Source of the DNA: Squalus acanthias
Taxonomy: Eukaryota
Direction: 5' to 3'
Assembly: GCA_030390025.1 (NCBI GenBank)
Contig: CM059431.1
Location: 157,234,001-157,298,000 of the forward strand
Length of the DNA: 64,000 nt
Part shown: positions 37,115-51,157 of the stretch, in pieces
Layout: every line of letters starts with the position of its first letter
How positions within the stretch are numbered: the stretch's first letter is position 1
Notes under the pieces: model-generated
Databases searched by the model: none
The model's input: only the letters and a program-made list of their open reading frames with translations
Told to the model about the DNA's origin: nothing
Translations under genes and position numbers: made by a program

Positions 37115-38225
37115 GTCATAGAGTTATACAGCACAGAAAGAGGCCTTCGGCCCATCGTGTCCGCGCGGCCATCAAGCCCTGTCTATTTTAATTCCATTTT
37201 CCAGCACTTGGTCCGTAGCCTTGTATGCTATGGCGTTTCAAGTGCTCATCTAAATGCTTCTTGAATGTTGTGAGGGTTCCTGTCACTACCACCCTGTCAG
37301 GTAGTGAGTTCCATATTCCAATCACACTCTGGGTGAAAAAGTTTTTCCTCAAATCCCCTCTAAACCTCCTGCCCCTGGTTATTGATCCTTCTACTAAGGG
37401 GAAAAGTTCCTTTCAATCTACCATATCTATGCCCCTCATAATTTTGTACACCACAATCAGGTCCCCCCTCAGCCTTCTCTACTCTAAGGAAAACAACCCC
37501 AGCCTGTCCAGTCTCTCTTCATAGCTGAAGCGCTTCAGCCCAGGTAACATCCTGGTGAATCTCCTCTGCATCCTCTCCAATGCAATTATATCCTTCCTAT
37601 AGTGTGGCGACCAGAACTGCACACAGTATTCCAGCTGTGGCCTAACTAGCGTTTTGTACAGCTCCACCATAACCTCCCTGCTCTTATATTCTATGCCTCG
37701 GCTGATGAAGACAAGTATCCCATATGCCTTTTTAACCAACTTATCTACCTGTCCTCCTGCCTTCAGGGATCTATTTACATGCACACCAAGGTCCCTGCTG
37801 ATTCTCTGTCCTTCCTAGGGTCCTACCATTCATTGTGTATTCCCTTGCCTTGTCAGTCCTCCCAAAATGCATCACCTCACACTTTTCAGGGTTAAATTCA
37901 ATTTGCCACTGTTCTGCCCATCTGACCAGCCCGTCTATATCGTCCTGTAGCCTAAGGATTTCCTCCTCGCTATTTACCACCCCACCAATTTGCGTGTCAT
38001 CTGCAAACTTACTGATCATACCTCCTACATTCATATCTAAATCATTAATGTACACTACAAACAGCAAAGGACCCAGCACCGATCCCTGCGGTACACCACT
38101 GGACACAGGCTTCCAGTCACAAAAACAACCTTCGACCGTCACCCTCTGCCTCCTGCCACTAAGCCAATTTTGGATCCAATGTGCCAAGTTGCCCTGGATC
38201 CCATGGGCTTTCACATTCTTGACCT
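37115..38225 (-). mobile_element. 5'-truncated CR1 LINE
   Basis: [22 protein letters not shown]...FADDT; LVRPQLEYCVQFWSP. Confidence 0.95.
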
Positions 38226-38699
38226 CTCCTCTGAAATACACGAGTCTCATTTGGCGTGTAATGCTACAGGCATTGTTAAAATCATTTTACTTTTACAAAA
38301 CATTCCACGTGCCCTGGCTGGGCAACTGGAATCTCCCAGATACAGCGGAGGGGTTTGCGTGTCGCAGGTTACAGAATTAGAGCAAAGCTTCCGATATTCA
38401 CCATTTACAAAACAGCTTCAGAAAATGCAGCGCCGTCACATCCCTTTTTTTAACACAGAGAATTACATAGAAGGTACAGCTCAGAAACAGTGCATTCGTC
38501 TCAACTGCTCCATGCCTGTGTTTATACTCCACTGGAACCTCCTCCCGTACCTCTTCATCTAACCCTATCAGCATAATCTTCCAATTCCTTTCTTCCTCTT
38601 GTTTAACTAGCTTATCCTCAAATACATCTTTTCTTTGCAGTGAGGCTGGGTAACCTGGAGCTTGACCTCTCACTGACCCTGTGTAGTTCAAGTGCTTTT

Positions 38700-39400
38700 G
38701 TTCATCCGTCCCACTGACACAGCCAAACATAGAAGTCCCACTGATACAGCACCACGCCCCACTGACCCACCCAACACCCAATTGAAGCAGCCCCACACCC
38801 CGCTGACCCAGCCCCACACCCCCTGACACAGTCCCGCACAACACTGGTGAAGACTCCACAAACCACTGAACGAGCCTCACACTGCCACTCCATTGAACCT
38901 TCCCCACCCCCGACCGACCCAGCCCCCTCTACCCAGCGAAGTAGCCCCGCCCCTCAGCAATCCATCCTCCCCTCCAACCGACCCAGCCACCCAACTGACT
39001 CAGCTCCGCACCCTCATCAAATCATCCCCAACCCTCACCGACCCCGCCCCAAATCCCTCAGCAAATCAACCCCACCCCCCACCGACCCTTCACTGTCTAC
39101 CCACCGACCCAGTCCCGAACCCCTCAGCAAATCAACCCCAACCTCCAGCGACCCAGCACCGTCTACCCAACGAACCAGCCCCGAACCTCAGCAATCCATC
39201 CCCAACCCCGCCCGAAACTTCCCCGCCACACCACAGAAACAGCCCCGCCCCCTCAGCAATCGATGCCCACACCCCACTGACTCAGCCCCGCATACTCAAC
39301 GACCCAGCCCCGCCCGCTCAGCAATTCAACCCCAACACCCACCAACCCAGCCCCTCTACCCACCGAACCAGCCCCGCCCCCTCAGCTATCCATCCCCACC
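38700..39400. repeat. C/A-rich degenerate minisatellite-like tract
   Basis: Recurrent ccgacccagcccc, ccctcagcaa and ctacccac motifs; very strong strand skew. Confidence 0.85.
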
Positions 39401-40133
39401 TGAAGAAGACTGTAGAGCTAAGACGCTCGATACCGTAAAGGGAATTGTAGATGAGTAGGAGTCTTTCAGAAATTGTCTGGGATAGCAAGTGAATGTAAGT
39501 CACTGACGAAGGGGATTATGGATAAGTGGAAATGAGGGTAAACCGATAAATTGAAGCAGTCGAGCTCTGGAGTTTCTATCTGGCAGTGCACCATAGTCGT
39601 TTAAGGAATCGAGTCTGAACCTAACAAAAGCGTAGCTGAATCACGAGCAAATATTGATATGTTATCAAAAATCCTTAAAATTAACATTTGATGGTTGCGG
39701 ACGGTGATCTGTGAATCCAGGTCGAAATTTAGTGCTTGGAATCACCAGATGCTGCTGAGCAAATAAAAATAGTCGTGACTCTCGGTTGTTAGCCTATAGA
39801 GCTAATATATAATGTACAGATATTTAAAGAAAGTAACAGTAATTGCAAGCTCATTCCTTCCTGCTTGGAAAACTAAACTGGGATACGGACCGGAGAAATA
39901 GAAATACTGTGAATCTAAATGTACTCAAAATAAATTTGATAGATAGCAATACAACAATTACAAGAACACACCATTGGGAAAAAGTTATTGATATAAAATT
40001 TAAATAATAACTAAATCTCTAATACCATATCTGAAACATGACAATAGCTGGTAGGAATTATAATTGAATGTATCTGATTCTGAAATGCCTGTCGATGGAA
40101 GTAGAAAGGCCTGAGAGATACTAAATAAAGAAC

Positions 40134-40962
40134 GGTCCGGAATTTGCGGTCAGCGCGAAGCAAAGGCATTTGCTGTTGGCCACAAAGTAAGCTTGACAGA
40201 AAGATCTCGCAATCAGGTTTTCCGAAGTGTAATTCAAATCAACGGAGCGTCATTGGGAACCCCGAGTGCAAGCTGCTGTGACGTCGACAGGCTGTCTAAG
40301 CATCCAATGAAACCGCAGAATTCTCACAGACAGCGAACAAGGAAGTGAATAAGCTGTTAAACTTCTAACATTTAAAAAAATTGATCGAGCGAACGAAACA
40401 AATATTGGGGCTCTCACATGGGGGAATGCAAAGCAGAAAGAAGGAGGAAAAAACTTTTTAAATAATTACATTTTCATAATAATGTTAATTTTTATTTAAA
40501 TGAATAAAGATGTCACTGCAGAAAATTAAAATTAGATTTTCAGTCCATCACATTTGTTTAGAATTCAATACGCTGTGGCAATCCAGTTACACCCATCCCT
40601 TTCAGTCAAACTTTTAGTGGGGAATTCAAGAGCGGAATTACTGTGAAAGAGCTGAAGATTACATCAGTTTTCCTGATTTGAAAGATTTCCCTGATTACCG
40701 GCTCTGGGTGGGCACAGCGCAGCCTCTGAAATTTTATTGGAGTCAAAGGAAGCGAACAAAGCGCACGGAGCTCACAACGGGCAGCAGATGCAATACCGGC
40801 CGTTTTTCGGCGAAGACAAAACACAGGCCGTATCGCATCCATCGCCTATTATACGCTGCGACCGAATAAACTTGAATTGAGCTGAATATCGGGCGTGTGT
40901 GTATCTGTCGGCAAATGTGAAGCCGGCCATTGTGTGTCCGCGACAATTAGAATTTCATCGTC
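40134..40962. mobile_element. Older MITE-like interspersed repeat; copies at about 6040-6862, 27787-28465, 48478-49300 and 56340-57162
   Basis: Five related copies with GC-rich ends and an AT-rich core; split by CR1 at about 1803 and 44233. Confidence 0.55.
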
Positions 40963-41062
40963 ATGGACATTAACTTAAAATAACTTCCTCGACAGAAATA
41001 ATGAACTCTCTTACTCTGAAAGTAAACGAGATCTTTTGCAATTAGATTTTGACATCGCCTAC

Positions 41063-41261
41063 CTTCTAGATCATGTTTTGTCCCTGTGCCTCTGTTCTGT
41101 ATCTCTGACAATGTCGCTTTCAGCTTAGGTTTTGTATTACGCATTTGAAGAAATATGTTCCACATTGTTCTTTCTCCCCGAGCTCCCTTTTCCAGCACGG
41201 TATCGAAAATGCGTTGGGAAGCATCGTTTCTGCGCTGACTTTCAGCAAGTGTACTGATTTC
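41063..41261 (-). CDS. Exon B: second half of the CARD-like domain (EISTLAESQRRNDASQRIFDTVLEKGARGERTMWNIFLQMRNTKPKLKATLSEIQNRGTGTKHDLE)
   Basis: Acceptor tttttttag|GAA, donor GAAG|gtaggc; 199 nt, phase 0 to 1; CARD-like 'L..v..KG' motif; joins exon A in frame. Confidence 0.75.
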
Positions 41262-42015
41262 CTAAAAAAAATAATGCAATCATATTGAACAAATTATTTT
41301 CCAAAATCAGCTAAGAAACGTCGGTTTTCTTTCTCCCTCTCTTTATGGGAGGAATGAATAGAAAAGCTCACAATCAGGTGACCAAAATCTTCGTCAACGA
41401 GATAAGTTATAAGGAGCGTCTCTAAAGTGCAGAGAATGGCAGACGGCCGGAGAGGATTAGAGAGTTAATTCCAGAGATTAGGACCGAGGCAGCACAATGA
41501 ACGGCTACCAATGATGGCGTGAAGAGAATCGGGGTTGTGCAAAGGTTCAGAATTTGTATAGTCCTGTCTTATGAGTAACTATTTTATTTGAAGTGTTTAT
41601 GAAATGTGATCATTGTACCGCATTCTGTCACCTGCCATTCAACAAATTCTTAAACTGTGAACGTTTTACCTTTTGCTTGTTAACCTCTATGTTTCTTTGA
41701 TTTGATTTATATAATCAACCCCTACATTCAATTTGAAAATCTACTTTTAATTTCCTTTTCTATGCACATCCAAGTAATTCTTGTATGTGGTCCACCCTTT
41801 TTATTATCGTGTAATTCCTATATATTGTATTGCAATCATTTCCTACTTGGTACCTTCGTTTTGCTTCCCGACGGAATGTTCTGATCCATTCCGTCCCAAT
41901 ATATGTGGCTATTCGAGGTTCTATCTAGCTCCAGGATATCCATTGGGACTTTGCTGAGGACGCGTGATGCTTGCGCTGCTAGTGGTATCTTATTCAAATA
42001 TTCTTTAAAATATTT

Positions 42016-42650
42016 GGCCCGTAATTTCCGTTAGGAGGCTTCCTGCGTGCGGATGCCTCCTATCGGGAAGAAATCTACGCCCTTACCTGAGGGCTCCCGA
42101 GGTGGGGCCATTTCCGATCCTGGACCTGTACACAGTAGAAATGCGCGGGGCCCACCTGATCCCAGGGACGCTTGCGAACCTTGTGCGCCCCTGGGATACG
42201 TGGGCCAGGCGAGACAATAGGAGAAGTGAAACTCTCTTCATAGTTTCGACAGATAGACCTGTCAAAAGTATGAATGGAGATCACTCCAGAAACACAACCA
42301 AACATTAAATACATTTTAAAAAAGCATCGCGTTTTTAAAATGTGTTATAAGTACATTCATTTAAATTTTTTAAACAAAAAATATATTTTTTGAAAAAATT
42401 ATTAAAGTTTTTTACGGAGCTAAAATTAAACTTACCTTTCTTAGAAGTATTTTAAAATTATAAATGAGTGAAAAATATATCAATTTTTTTTCTTTTATAA
42501 ACTCTTATGCTGGGAAAAACAGGCTTACGCCTGCTTTTCCCAGGTGTAAGATTTTTAAGTATTTTCAGCGAGAGGAGTTCCTGCAGCAAGCGGAAATCTC
42601 CACCTGCAGAGGCCCCTTTCCAGGGCAGGCGTCCGATCTGTCAAGAGGAT
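42016..42650. mobile_element. Different MITE-like element, probably truncated (its right part is also at 1-220)
   Basis: Starts ggcccgtaatttcc, has a subterminal hairpin (taggaggc...gcctccta) and an AT-rich core; absent from the 31-33 kb paralog. Confidence 0.5.
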
Positions 42651-42940
42651 TCTAATTATTTAATGCATTAACAACGACAAGTTCTGTGTCCTTTGAGACG
42701 ACATTAGTTGTAATCTAAGAGCACGTAAAAGGGTGGTCCGTGAGAAGGATGTTATCATTCACCCCAATGTCTATCAAGTCCTGGCACCACCACACCTACG
42801 CCGCGAACAAAAAATGGCCAGAGAATAAAACCGTTAAACCAGCAAAGACATGCCGTTCCAGACCGACTTGAACAATCTCCCACCAACCCGTCTCAAATTT
42901 AGGAGGCCATTTAGACAATTCCAACATATATGTAGCATAC

Positions 42941-43101
42941 CTTATGTATTGATTCAGTAAATACGTTTGCATCTAAGAGCGATTGACTAACAGCTTCCAC
43001 GAATTCTTCAATTGACGATTCTAGTTTCTGGCGGAAGCACCCGATAATTCTTCCAAGCTGGATATCCGTGTAGCTCGCCAACATTAGTAACATTTTAGTA
43101 T
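42941..43101 (-). CDS. Exon A: first half of a CARD-like death-fold domain resembling chondrichthyan NLR N-termini (DTKMLLMLASYTDIQLGRIIGCFRQKLESSIEEFVEAVSQSLLDANVFTESIHK)
   Basis: Acceptor aattcag|AT, donor AAG|gtatgc; 161 nt, phase 1 to 0; helical amphipathic pattern; similarity to shark/ray NLR N-termini is from recall. Confidence 0.7.
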
Positions 43102-44232
43102 CTGAATTTTCTGCAAAAGTGTAAATGAGAACAGGTTAAAATACTATGTTTGCATTTGAAGCAATGAATATTTGAACTAACTTTTAGTGCATCAGCTTTT
43201 CTTTCGAGCTTTTCAAGCAGTGAGACGGCCAATGGCGCCTCACACAGCAGGAATTTAGAGTTAAACTGCCTCTTTTTCGTAGAGTTAAGAGAAACGACCG
43301 AGATCTTGCAACATGTGGAGTTTGTTTAAAGTAAGTAGGAATTACAGAGTGGAGGCCCAAAGCAACGGATTCCAGCCAGTGTTGCTGACGACTTTGTTGG
43401 AGTCCGGAGCAGAGGAACCAATAATTTGGGGACCACAGCAAAGGGAGTGAATAGACAAGAAATAAAAGAGGGTTTCTGAAGAAGACTGTAGAGTTAAGAC
43501 GCTCGAGACCGTAAAGGGAATTGTAGATGAGTAGGAGACTTTCACAAATTGTCTGGGATAGCAAGTGAATGTCGGTCACTGACGAAGGGGATTATGGATA
43601 AGTGGAAATGAGGGTGAACTGATGAATTGAAACAGTGGAGATCTGGAGTTTCTATCTGGCAGTGCACAAAGGTCGTTTAAGGAATCGAGTCTAAACCTCA
43701 TAAAATCGTAGATAAAGCACGAGCAAATATTCATATGTTATAGATCCAGAAAATTAACATATGATGGTTGTGGACGGTGATCTGAGAATGCAGTTCGAAA
43801 TTTATTTCTGGAATCACCAGATGCTGCTGAGAAATTAGAAATAGTTGTGACTCTCGATTGATTGCATAAAGACCTAATAAATAATGTACAGATATTTAAA
43901 GAAAGCAACAGTAAATGCATGCTTTTTCCTTCCTTCTTGGGAAAACTAAACTGGGATACGGAACGGAGAAATTGAAATACTGTGAATCTACAGGTACTCA
44001 GAATAAATTTGACAGATAGAAATACATCCATTACAAGAACACAATATTGGGAAAATAGTTATTGATATCAAGTTAAAATAATAACAGAATCTCTAATACC
44101 ACATCTGAAACATGGCAATAGCTGGTAGGATTCATAATTGAATGTATCTGTTTCTAAAGTGCAGTGCGATGGAAGTTAAATGCCTGAGAGATACCACAAT
44201 TAAATTAAGAATGGCAAGGTTTTGCGGTCAGC

Positions 44233-47200
44233 AGCGGCTGCGGAGGTGAGCGGCACCCGAGCTGGGAGCGAGAGAGAGATACAACGAACCAGTGAATATA
44301 AAGAGGTAAAAAATAATCGAAGTTTGACGTCGCCAGAAAGCAGGTAATTGATTGGATGGTGAGTATTTCTCTATTTCTCGCTTTTTTCCAAAATTCAGCT
44401 TCTAAATTTAAGTGCCTTGAAGTAGATTAAAAGATGCATGTGTTCCAAATTTTAAAACAATTTATTTAATTAATTGAGTTGGGCGACCAGGCAATGTCTT
44501 CTTGTTGTTGCATGTGGGAGCTGGTGGACACCATTGAGGTACACGGCGACCACATCGGCAGCAAATGTTGGCTGCTCGAGGAACTTCGACTCAGACTTGA
44601 TGAGCTGGAGTCCGAGCTTCAGACACTGCGACACATTAGGGAGGAGGAGCGTTACCTGGACACTAAGTTCCAGGAGGCATTCACACCCACTAGAGTAATT
44701 CCTTCCAAATGTGGCCCATGGTCAGGGACCAGGAGGGTGGTATTGGGATCCAGGAGGTCGTGAGGGAGCCTCAGCCCTTGGCCTTGTCCAATAGGTAAGA
44801 GATTATTGCTCCCTGTGTGGATTAGGGCAGGGAATTCAGGGAGGATGAGCAATCTGAGCACAGCACCGTGGAACAGGAAGCCATTCAAGTGGGGGGAGTA
44901 AAAAGAAATATTGTAGTGATTGGGGACAGTATAGTTAGGGGGACAGATACTGTTCTCTGCAGCCGAGAGCATGATTCCCGCAGGCTGTGTTCCCTGCCGG
45001 GTGCCAGAGTTAAGGAGATCTCCTCTGGGCTGGAGAGGAACATGGAGTGGGAAGGAGAAGAGCCAGTTGTTATGGTCCACGTAGGTACCAATGACATGGG
45101 AACGACAAAGAAAGAGGTTATGCTGAGAGAATATGAGCAACTAGGGTCTAAATTAAAAAGCAGAATAACAAAGGTAATAATCTCTGGATTACTACCTGAG
45201 CCACGAGCGAATTTGCATAGGGTAAATAAGATCAGAGAAAAGAACGAGTAGCTCAAAGACTAACGTGGGAGAAATGTGTTTCGATTTGTGGGCACTGGCA
45301 CCTGTACTAGGGTAAGAGGGAGCTGTTCCGTCTGGACGGGCTTCACGTGAACCATGCTGGGGCTAGAGTCCAGGCGAATCGAATAACTAGGGCTGTAGAG
45401 AGGCCTTTCAACTAAATAGAGGGGGGAGGGTGCAGGTGAGCGGGAATTTAAAAAGTCAATGAGAAATGAGAAAATAATAGAGTAGGATAGAGATGGGTGA
45501 AATAATAACCAGAGTGTAACAGGAAGGGACAGAATGTTTAAAAATAAGTGTGCAACAGAAAATGGGGCCAAAACAAGGAGAAATGGTAAAAAGACATAGG
45601 TAAAAGCTGTATCTCTGAATGCACGTAACATTTGTAACAAGATAGATGAGTTGACGCACAAATAGATACAAATGGATATGATCTGATCGCCATTACAGAG
45701 ACGTAGTTGCAAGGTGACCAGGGCTGGCAACTGAACCTTCCAGGGTATTTGATAATGCGGTAGGATAGACAAAAAGGAAAGGCAAGTGGGGTGGTTTTGT
45801 TGGAAAAGAATTAAATCCATGCAGTGGTGAGAAGTGATATTGGCTCAGAAGACCACGATGTAGAATCGGATTGAGTGGAGATAAAAAAATAATACAGGGA
45901 AAAAGTCTCTGGTGGGCGTTCTACAGGCCCCGAACAGTAGCAATACTGTTGGACAGAGTATAAATCAACAAAGAATGGAGGCCTGTAAAAAAGGTACGGT
46001 AATAATGATGGGTGATTTTAATCTCCGTATTGATTGGACAAATCAAATTGGCCATGGTAGCCTAGAGGCGGAGTTCATAGACTGTATCTGGGATTGTTTC
46101 CAAGAACACTATGGAATGGAACCACCAGGGAGCAGGCTATCTTGGATCCGGTACCGTGTAATGAGACAGAATTAATAAATGGTCTCATACTAAAGGAGCC
46201 TCTAGGAAAGTGTGATCATAACATGGTTGAATTTCAAATTGAATTGGTGGGTGAGAAAGTTGTATCTCAAACGAGTGTCTTGATCTTTAACAAAGGAAAT
46301 TACAATGGCATGAGGGCAGAACTGGCTAAACTGGACTGAAAAAGTAGATTAAAGTGTAAGACAGTTGAAATGCAGTGGCGATCATTTAAGGAGATATTTC
46401 GTAACTCTCAAACAAAATATATTCCAACGTGAGAAAGAAAGAATCTAATAGAAGGGAGCACCATCCGTCGCTAACTAAGGAAGTAAAGGATGATATCAAA
46501 TTGAAAACGAAGGCATACAATGTTGCCAAGATTGGTGGGAGGCCAGAGGATTGGGAAATTTTTAAAAAACAACAAAGGAGGACTAAAAAAATTATAGAGA
46601 GAGATGATGAATTATGAGAGTAAAATGGCAAGAAATATTAAAACAGATAGTAAGAGCTTCTACAGGTATATAAAAAGGAAGAGATTAGCTGAGAAAGGGC
46701 AATGAAAAATGGGGAACGGGGAAATGTCAGAGATTCTGAACAAATATGTTGTATCTGTCTTCACGGTAGAAGACACTGACAACATCCCAATACTGGATAA
46801 TCAAGGGAGCAGAGGGAGGGTGAACTAAAGACAATCACAATCAGTAAAAAAAAAGTAATTGGTAAAATGTTGGAACTAAAAGAATACAAGCACATGCCTC
46901 AGATGGCCTGCATCCCAGGGCCTTAAAATAAGTGTCTGCGGCGATAGTAGATGCATTGTTTGCAATATATCAAAAGTACTTGGACTCTGGAGAGGTCCCA
47001 GTGGCATGGAAAACCGCAAATATAATACACGAATTTAAGAAAGTAGGGAGACAGAAAGCAGGAAACTATAGACCAGTTAACCTAACATCTGTCTCTGGGA
47101 AAAGGCTGGATTCCTTTTTTAAGGAAGCAGTAGCAACGTATTTGCAAAATCATAATGCAGTCAAGCAGAGTCAGCATGGTTTTATGACAGGGAAATCATG

Positions 47201-48470
47201 TTCAACAAATTACCTGGAGTTCTTTGAGGATGTAACCAGTAGGGTGGACAAAGGTAAGCCAGTAGATGTGGTGTATTTGGATTTATGGAATGCATTCGAT
47301 AAGGTGCTACATAAACGGTTACTGCATAAGATAAGAGCTCACGGAGTTGGGGGTCATATTTTAGCATGGACAGAGAATTGGCTAACTAACAGAAAGCAGA
47401 GACTCGAGATAAATGGGTAATTTTCCGGTTCGCAAACGGTAACTGGTGGGGTGCCACAGGGATCGCTGCTGTGACCTCAACTATTTACCATCTACATTAA
47501 TGACTTAGATGAAGGGACCGAGTGTAATGTAGCCAAGCTGGCGGATGATACAGAGATGCTTGGGAAAGCAAGTTCTGCAGAGGACTCAAAGAATCTGCAA
47601 ATGGATATGAACAGGCTAAATTAGTGGGCAAATATTTGGCAGATGGAGAATAATGTGGGAAAGTGCGAGGTTATCCACTTTGGCAGGAAAAATAAAGAAG
47701 CGTATTATTATTTAAATGGAGAGAGATTACAAAATGCTACAGTTCAGAGGGACCAGCGGGTCCTTGTGCATGAAACACAAAAAATTAACATGCAGGTACA
47801 GCACTTAATCAAAAAGGCAAATGGAATGTTGGCTTTTATTGCAAAGGGATTGGAGTATAAAAGCAAGGATGTCCTGCTACAACTGTACAGGTTATTGGTG
47901 AAACTACACCTGGAGTACAGCGTTCCGTTTTGGTGTCCTTATTTTAGAAAGGATATACTTGCATTGGAGGCTGTTCAGAGACGAGTCACTAGGTTAATTC
48001 CACAGATGAGTGGGTTGACTTATGAAGAAAGCTTGAGCAGGTTGGGCCTATACTCTTTGGAATTTAGAAGAATGAGAGGCGATCTTATTGAAACATATCA
48101 GCTACTGAGGGGGCTCGCCAAGGTCGATGCAGAGAAGATGTTTCCCCTCGTGGGGAAATCTAGAACTCGGGGGCATAGTTTCAGAATAAATGGTCGCCCT
48201 TTTAGAACTGAGATAAGGAGGAATTTCTTCTCTCTGACGGACGTTAATCTGTGGAATTCTCTGCCCCAGTGAGCCGTGGAGGCTGGGTCATTAAATACAT
48301 TTAAGTTGTAGATAGACAGATTTTTGCAAGATAAGGAATTGAAGGGTTATGGGGAGCGGGCAGGGAAGTGGCTTTGAGCCCAAGATCAGCTTTAATCGTA
48401 TTGAATGGCGGAGCAGGCTCCAGGGGCCATGTGTCCTATTCCCATCCTATTCTTATGTTCTTATGTTATT
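44233..48470 (+). mobile_element. Paralogous degenerate CR1 LINE, copy B
   Basis: Same element and insertion site as 1803-6035. Confidence 0.95.
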
Positions 48471-49664
48471 ATATTCTAAGCAAATGCATTTGCTGCTAGC
48501 CCCAATGTAAGCATCACACAAAGACAGCGCAATCTATGTGTGGAGAATTTCAGGTTTTCCGAAGTGTAATTCAAATCAACGGAGGACCATGGGGAGCCCC
48601 GAGTGCCAGCTGCTGTGACGGCAACAGGCTGTCTAAGCAGTCAATCAAAACGCAGAATTCTCACAGATAGCGAACAAGAAAATGAGTAAGCTCTTAAACT
48701 TCTAACTTTTAATAAATATGTTAGATCGAACGCAACAAACATTGGCTCTCACATGGGGAAAATGCAAATCAGAAATAAGGAGGAAAAAACTTTTAAAACA
48801 ATTACATTTTCTTAAAAATATAAATTTTTATTAAAATGAATAAAGTTGACTGCGCAAAATTAAATTAGATTTTTAGGACCATAACATTTGTTTGGAAGTC
48901 AATACGCTTTTGAAACCCAGTTACACCCAATCCCTTTGGCTCTACCATTCAGTGGCGAATTTTAAAGCGCAATTACTGTGGAAGAGCCGAAGATTTCAGC
49001 AGTTTCCCTGATGTGTGAGATTTCCCTGATTGCCGGCTCTGGGCGGGCACAGCGCAGCCGCTGCAGTTCTATTGAAGTCAACCGCAGGGAATATCGGACC
49101 GAGCGCACAACGGGCAACAGATGCAACACCGGCCATTTTTCGGCGAGGACATGAAACAGGCGGTATCGCATCCACCACCAGTTATACGCTGCCCCCATAT
49201 AAACTTGAATTTAGCTGAGTCTCGGGCGTGTGTTGTAACTATCCGCAAATGCAATTCCGCCTGTTGTGTGTCCCCGCCCATGTAGAATTTCATCCTCATG
49301 GACATTAACGTAAACTAAGTTCCTCGACATATATAATGAACTCTCTTGCTCGGAAAGTAAACAAGATATTTCGCGGCTTTTCACATTAAGCAAGAAGTAG
49401 TGAAATGGAGGGCTATAGGAATGAACGTCCAGACAGTTCGGTTGACGTTTGTAGCTGTAGTCCAGAGCAGAAAATCGATATACTGTTTACTGCAGTAAAG
49501 GGAGAGTAGGGTTAGGAGTGTAATAGAAGATATGCGAAGAAGACTGTAGAGACAAAGTGGGAGAGACCGGAGAGGAATTTGTAGATGAGGAGGAGGCTTT
49601 CACATACTGTCAGTTTGGGATAAGAAGTTAATGTATGCCATTAATACGGGGGATTACGCATAAT

Positions 49665-51010
49665 ATAAGAACATCAGAAATAGGAGCAGGAGTAGTCCAC
49701 TTGATCCTTCGAGCCTGCTCCGCCATTCAATAAGAACATGGCTGATCTTCTACCTCATTACCACATTCCTGCAATAGCTAATATCATTTGATTCCCTTAA
49801 TATTCAAAAATCTGTCGATCTCTGTCTTGAGTATAATCAAAGACGGAGCTTCCACAGCCCTCTGGAGTAGAGAATGCCAAAGATTCACCACCCGATGAGT
49901 GAATATTTTCGCCTCATCTCAGTCCTAAATGGCCAAGCTCTGATTCTGAGACTAAAACACGTGGTTCTCGACACCCCAGTCAGGGGAAAGATCCTCCCTG
50001 CAACTACCCCGTCAAGCCATGTAACAATTGTGTATGATTCAATGAGATCACCTCTCATTCTTCTAAACGCTAGATCATAAATGCATCTTCTACTCAATCT
50101 CTCCTTATAGGGCAATCCCCCCCATCCCAGGAACCAGTCTGTTGAACCTTCGTTGCTCTCTCTTTATGGCAGGTATAACCTTCCTTAGTTAAGGAGACAA
50201 AAAACATACACAATACTCCATGTATTGTCTCACCAGGGCCCTATATAGTTGCAGTAAGACGCCTTTACTCTTATACTCAAATCCTCTTTCAATAAATGCG
50301 AACATAAAATTTGCTTTCCTAATTGCTTGATGTACCTGCATGTTCGCTTTCAGTGATTCGTGTACAAGAACACCCATGTCCCTCTGAACACCAACATTTC
50401 CCGATCATTTACCATTTAACCAATGTCCTGCTTGTTTATTGTTCCTCCCACGTTATATTCCATTTGCCAAGTTCTTGCCAACTTACTTAACCTGTCTATA
50501 TCCGCTTGAAGACTGTTTGCATCCTCCTCACAACTTACATTCCCACCCAGCTTTGTATCATTAGCAAACTTGGATAAATTACATTTCGACCTCTCATCCA
50601 AATTATTGATGTAGATTGTGAATAGCTGAGACCAAAGCACTGATCCTTGCAGTAGCTCACTAGGAACAGCCTGCCAACAAGAATATGACCCGTTTATTCC
50701 AACTCTCTATTTCTGTCAGTTAACCAATTCTCAATCCATGCTAATATATTACGCCCAATCCCATGAGTCTTAATTTTGTTTAACAACTTCTTGTGTGGCA
50801 CTACTTCGAAAGCCTTCTGAAAATTCAAATGCACCACATCCACTGAGTCCCCCTTATCTGTTCTGCTAGTTAAAAACACAAAAAAACTGTAACAGATTTT
50901 TCAAACACGATTTCCCTTTTATAAATCCGTGTTGACTCTGGCCAATCCTCTTATTGTTTTCTAAGTGCCCTGTTACCACGTCCTTAAAAATAGATTCTAG
51001 CATTTACCCT
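49665..51010 (-). mobile_element. Uninterrupted antisense CR1 fragment, copy B
   Basis: RT motifs; represents the pre-insertion state. Confidence 0.9.
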
Positions 51011-51157
51011 AATACTGTTCTATCCTTTCTTGGTTCAAAATGGATGAGCTCACATTTGTCTCCATTGAAATCCATTTGCCACGGTTTTGCACATTCACTT
51101 AATCTATCGATAATTCTCTGTAAGTTTTGCTTTTATCTGCACTGCCTCCTAACTTTG

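Noticed and set aside
38847..39458. Proline-rich 203-aa and 181-aa ORFs
   Set aside because: By-product of a C-rich, T-poor low-complexity tract that is open in several frames
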